A stretch of DNA of 64,000 bases from Naegleria gruberi (lineage: Eukaryota), in the NCBI GenBank assembly GCA_000004985.1, contig GG738903.1; one strand, given 5' to 3'. Made by a program: the position numbers and the translations under genes. How positions within the stretch are numbered: position 1 is the first letter of the stretch; every line of letters begins with the position of its first letter. The notes under the pieces are model-generated. The model was not told where the DNA came from. It worked only from the letters and a program-made list of their open reading frames with translations, and made no database searches. Below, piece after piece: positions 60,507-64,000 of the stretch.

Positions 60507-62498
60507 TTGCTTACAATGAAAAAAAATATCACGACAAGCAACATGTCAGTTGTGCTTCTTCCTGAAATCCTTGGTGAAGTGTTCACTTTTTTACCCTATC
60601 GTTTATTATTTAATACAATCAGGAGAGTTTGTAAAGAATGGAATCACTTGATCACTGATGGTTCTTCCATCCGAAACAGTTCATTGAAAATTGTTTCTCT
60701 CTGTTTTATGAAAGAGGAGAGAAGACAAGCCTTCTGGGAATGTTGCAAAGCAGGCTACTTTAATAAGAGTATTGAAGAGTTGATTATCCGATTGCCAAAA
60801 GAAATGATGTGGAATCAGACAGAGAAGGAAATATTGGATTCCGATGATAATTCACTGTTACACTATTTTCAGAGTGTTAAAAGTTTGTCCTTGAGAGATT
60901 CTAAAATTTATTCTGATAATTTTGGTATGATGTTGGAGAATTGCAAATCAGCTGCAACTCTTGAGGGTATTACAGAGTTGAGTGTTGAAAATAATGGATT
61001 GAATAATCTTGATATTAATTTAATTGCTGAAAAACTTCCTAATTTAACACATATTGATATTTCATCCAATCCTATTAATGAAGGTGGCTTGGATGTATTG
61101 CTGACCAATCAAAAGTTAAAGACAATTTTTGCAGGTGTAAACGAAATTGAAGATGAAACAGATTTGGACAAGATGAAATGCACACAAATTGAAGAGTTAA
61201 CTATTAGTAATACTGATTTTGGAGATAGATATTTGGAACTTTTATTTGATCATAAGAAGAATAGAGATTTATTGAAGAATATGAAGGAGTTAGATTTGAT
61301 GGATACGTTGCCGTCCGATGTTGGATTGTCGTACATGAAAAACTATCCATATCCAACAAATATCACCTTCCTTAATTTGGAATATAATGAGCTGTTGCCA
61401 GAAACTCTTGCCATTATCACCCAGAGCCAAGCTCTATCCAATTTGAAGACTCTATTACTTCCAAATGGATCTATTCTTTCTGAGGGGTTTAGCTTGATTA
61501 CAAAATGCCCTTTTTTCAAAAATGTCACTAAATTGGATGTTAGTAATAACACAATTGGAGATGAGGGATTTATTCACTTTGGAACAGAAAATTTCACTCT
61601 CAAAAACCTAATTCATTTCAAATGCAATACTAACACAGTTGGTTATGAAGGATATCAACATTTTTTCAAGGAACCTTCTCTTTCAGGACTACAAAAGCTT
61701 AAGATTGCAGATACCAACTTTGATGATGACTCTGTGAGTGAATTGGCGTCTGCAAATTTGGCTTCCTTGAAAGTTCTTGATTTTGTAGGAAATATTATAA
61801 CTGATAAGGGATTTGAAACTCTTTCTCAACTCAAGGCACCAAAATTGGAAAAAATTTTATGTGGAGGTTCCAATGCAACTTCCTACAAGGGAGCAATTTA
61901 CTTTTTGGAGAATTGCTCTCTGCCAAATCTCAAATATTTGGATATTGATTTTTATGAAGAGTACAAGGAAGAAAATAAGGAAATTCTTGATGGTCCAGAA
62001 GTTGTTGAATTAGTAAAGGCCAATTCATTAAAAGTTGCCAAGGTATTAGTGCAAAGATTTCCAAGATTGAATGGTATTAAATATGACTCATATATCAGTG
62101 TTGAGATATTGAAAGTATTCCTTGATGGATTATCAGAACTGATTTCATTGTGTATTCAGGTTAATTTTATAGATGATGATCACATTATTTTACTGACCAG
62201 CCATCCACAGGCTGCCAAATTAGAAAAGCTTTACCTTTCAGATAATAAGATTACAGATGTTGGAGCTAAACTCATTTCTGAATGCGCACAGTTCAAGAAT
62301 TTACTAGAGCTTTCATGTGAAGATAATTTATTTACAGATGAAGGATGGAAGTTAATATTTTCAAGTAGAAATTTAATGTCCCTCACAAAATTATTTACAG
62401 ATTTCAATGAGAATGATATAGTTGACTGTGAATTATTGAATATTGATTATATATCGGCTTCTGATAAAGATCTCTATGAAGATGCTGAAGAAGAGTAA
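60507..62498 (+). CDS. F-box / RNI-like leucine-rich-repeat protein
   Basis: 663-aa ORF. The N-terminus LLPEILGEVFTFLPYRLLFNTIRRVCKEWNHLI is an F-box. It is followed by about 14 ribonuclease-inhibitor-type LRRs (e.g. LPNLTHIDISSNPINEGGLDVLL, LKVLDFVGNIITDKGFETL). Confidence 0.65.
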   Translation: MLTMKKNITTSNMSVVLLPEILGEVFTFLPYRLLFNTIRRVCKEWNHLITDGSSIRNSSLKIVSLCFMKEERRQAFWECCKAGYFNKSIEELIIRLPKEMMWNQTEKEILDSDDNSLLHYFQSVKSLSLRDSKIYSDNFGMMLENCKSAATLEGITELSVENNGLNNLDINLIAEKLPNLTHIDISSNPINEGGLDVLLTNQKLKTIFAGVNEIEDETDLDKMKCTQIEELTISNTDFGDRYLELLFDHKKNRDLLKNMKELDLMDTLPSDVGLSYMKNYPYPTNITFLNLEYNELLPETLAIITQSQALSNLKTLLLPNGSILSEGFSLITKCPFFKNVTKLDVSNNTIGDEGFIHFGTENFTLKNLIHFKCNTNTVGYEGYQHFFKEPSLSGLQKLKIADTNFDDDSVSELASANLASLKVLDFVGNIITDKGFETLSQLKAPKLEKILCGGSNATSYKGAIYFLENCSLPNLKYLDIDFYEEYKEENKEILDGPEVVELVKANSLKVAKVLVQRFPRLNGIKYDSYISVEILKVFLDGLSELISLCIQVNFIDDDHIILLTSHPQAAKLEKLYLSDNKITDVGAKLISECAQFKNLLELSCEDNLFTDEGWKLIFSSRNLMSLTKLFTDFNENDIVDCELLNIDYISASDKDLYEDAEEE

Positions 62499-62504
62499 AT
62501 AGCA

Positions 62505-63668
62505 CTAATCCTTTACTACATTAATCCTTAGCAAGTGTTCTATAGTTTCTCTAATCATCACGTTATTGTTGATGAATTCCATTCCCAAATCTTGTTTAAT
62601 TTTCTTATTGGAATAATAGGATGGCTTACCAAGGTTACTGTTAATACCTTGCCTTACTCCTTTTGGTTGAAATAGAGCTAATCCCTTCACAAGAATAGTT
62701 CCAAAACCTCCTTCCAATGACAATGTTGGTAATTGCTTTAGGAAATTTCTCTCTGGGAATTCTTTCTTAATTATTTCACATATTTGTCTAATTGAGATGG
62801 TTTCATCTCCACAACAAATGAAACGTTCTCCTTTGGATGGTAAAAATCTTTGTGGATTATCCATATCTAATTCCATACACTTGACATGTGAAAGAGCAAC
62901 ATCTTTCACATCTACAAAGGTCATGTACATTGCAATTAGAGCTGGCATTTCACCATTTACAACTTTGGCTACAATATCATGAGTTTGGTTGACTTGTTGT
63001 GGAAGAACTGGTTTACCAATGACGCCGCTAGGATTAATGGTTGCCAATTCAATGAAATCTTGTCCATGTTTAGTTTGCATTTCTTTCATTAGCTTCCAAG
63101 CTGCCTTCTCAGAAGTTACTTTGGAATAATAATAAGGATTTCTATCAACAGTTGACAATTCATTCCAATCATCCTCGGTGTAGATCTTATCCTTCTCAGC
63201 AGTATCACAAATAGCAACAATGGATGAAGTGATAATCACTCTCTGTAATCTATTGACATCATGCGTTGCTTGTTCTTGTCTGAGCTTGATACATTCATTT
63301 AGAATATTCAAAGTTCCTTTCACAGCTGGGTCAACCAATTCCTGTTGTGCATCTTTAACATCTAATTTATATGGACTGGCCACATGATGAACGAAACGAC
63401 ATCCCTTAATGACATCTGCAAAACTTCCTTCTTTCATTAAATCTGCCTCAAAGATTGATAAACGCTCGTTCAATACTTGTTCAGTGAGTAGTTGAGTTGG
63501 ATCTGTGCAATTCTCCTTGTGGTATTGCAGGAGTGCATCTCTCAATTCATCCTTCTTTTTCAAATCTCTTATGGTAGTATTGACATGATAGCCCTTCAAT
63601 AATAACTGATAAACCAAGTGGCTAGCAACAAAGCCAGTGCCACCAGTAACGCACACCCTTATGGACAT
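62505..63668 (-). CDS. NAD(P)-dependent reductase of the extended SDR family (cinnamoyl-CoA reductase / dihydroflavonol reductase / GRE2-like)
   Basis: Rossmann motif VCVTGGTGFVASHLV directly after the Met at 63668, and the catalytic YYYSK (YxxxK). I prefer 63668 to the track's ORF start at 63815, whose extra 49 aa are low-complexity with no homology signal. Confidence 0.75.
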   Translation of the reverse strand: MSIRVCVTGGTGFVASHLVYQLLLKGYHVNTTIRDLKKKDELRDALLQYHKENCTDPTQLLTEQVLNERLSIFEADLMKEGSFADVIKGCRFVHHVASPYKLDVKDAQQELVDPAVKGTLNILNECIKLRQEQATHDVNRLQRVIITSSIVAICDTAEKDKIYTEDDWNELSTVDRNPYYYSKVTSEKAAWKLMKEMQTKHGQDFIELATINPSGVIGKPVLPQQVNQTHDIVAKVVNGEMPALIAMYMTFVDVKDVALSHVKCMELDMDNPQRFLPSKGERFICCGDETISIRQICEIIKKEFPERNFLKQLPTLSLEGGFGTILVKGLALFQPKGVRQGINSNLGKPSYYSNKKIKQDLGMEFINNNVMIRETIEHLLRINVVKD

Positions 63669-64000
63669 TTGATTTGTTTTTTTTTGGTTTCTTGCTGTTG
63701 TAAATCTAAACCATTTCTGTTTTTGAAGAATCTGCTGCGTGAGCACTAATGTTGGCTTGAAAATGATGGAAAATATGTGCGTTTCATCTTCGAACCAATT
63801 GAAGTGCTCACTCAATATTCAATACAATGACAATACCCTACAGACAGGGTACTCCGGATTGCCCCATGCATTTTTAAAATTAGCCAAACTCCAAGGCAGT
63901 GTTGTGGTAGTTGACTCAATTATGCCTGAAAACCTTTTCTCAAGAATTTCCACCGTGTCGTTGTATTGGATAGGAATCAATCTAAATTTACTGTGGTTCA

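Noticed and set aside
62505-63815. Track ORF start at 63815 for the reductase gene
   Set aside because: The Rossmann motif begins immediately after the Met at 63668. The extra 49 codons upstream are low-complexity with no homology signal.
1-64000. Prokaryotic-style interpretation (operons, defence islands, CRISPR)
   Set aside because: Spliceosomal introns, Pol III tRNA genes with T-run terminators and eukaryote-only proteins (Nup205, RBR, PARP, Hsp70 cytosolic type) show this is nuclear eukaryotic DNA. No direct-repeat/spacer array is present.

Overview
This 64 kb window is nuclear DNA from an AT-rich unicellular eukaryote, not a prokaryotic island. Gene density is about one gene per 2 kb on both strands. 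I support about 30 protein-coding genes, two Pol III tRNA genes (tRNA-His-GUG and tRNA-Lys-CUU, each followed by a T-run terminator) and two runs of N marking scaffold gaps.

Introns are numerous but very short (40–63 nt, GTAAGT or GTATGT donor, (T)AG acceptor). Several ORFs in the six-frame track are therefore exons of one gene, and I re-joined them by hand.

Proteins I could recognise include: Hsp70; a Nup205/Nup192 nucleoporin; an Ariadne-type RBR E3 ligase; an ankyrin-repeat DHHC(DHYC) palmitoyltransferase; a metallophosphoesterase; an RGS-domain protein; a kinase fused to about 15 DUF4116 repeats plus a second DUF4116-repeat gene; two paralogous receptor kinases built as signal peptide–NHL repeats–EGF-like repeats–TM–kinase; an ankyrin-repeat PARP placed immediately upstream of a bacterial-type (DUF2263) PARG; a receptor-type class III nucleotidyl-cyclase-like gene; a Zn2Cys6-type transcription-factor-like gene; F-box and F-box/LRR proteins; a CCR/DFR-like NAD(P) reductase; and P-loop NTPases.

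One of the two receptor kinases is about 2,500 aa, carries recent tandem EGF-block duplications, and has a catalytic Asp-to-Asn change that predicts a pseudokinase.

Observations worth a second look are listed under findings: the PARP–PARG writer/eraser tandem; a 216-nt intron built from four tandem intron-like GTAAGT…TAG units; a perfect 60-bp inverted repeat copying the 3' coding end of the RGS gene; concerted tandem repeats inside the giant receptor gene; a frameshift in a DUF4116 gene next to an assembly gap; and TTC[CG]GAA repeats with a TATA box upstream of Hsp70.

The organism is my inference only (an amoeboid or heterolobosean-like protist). No CRISPR array, rRNA or clear transposon was seen.
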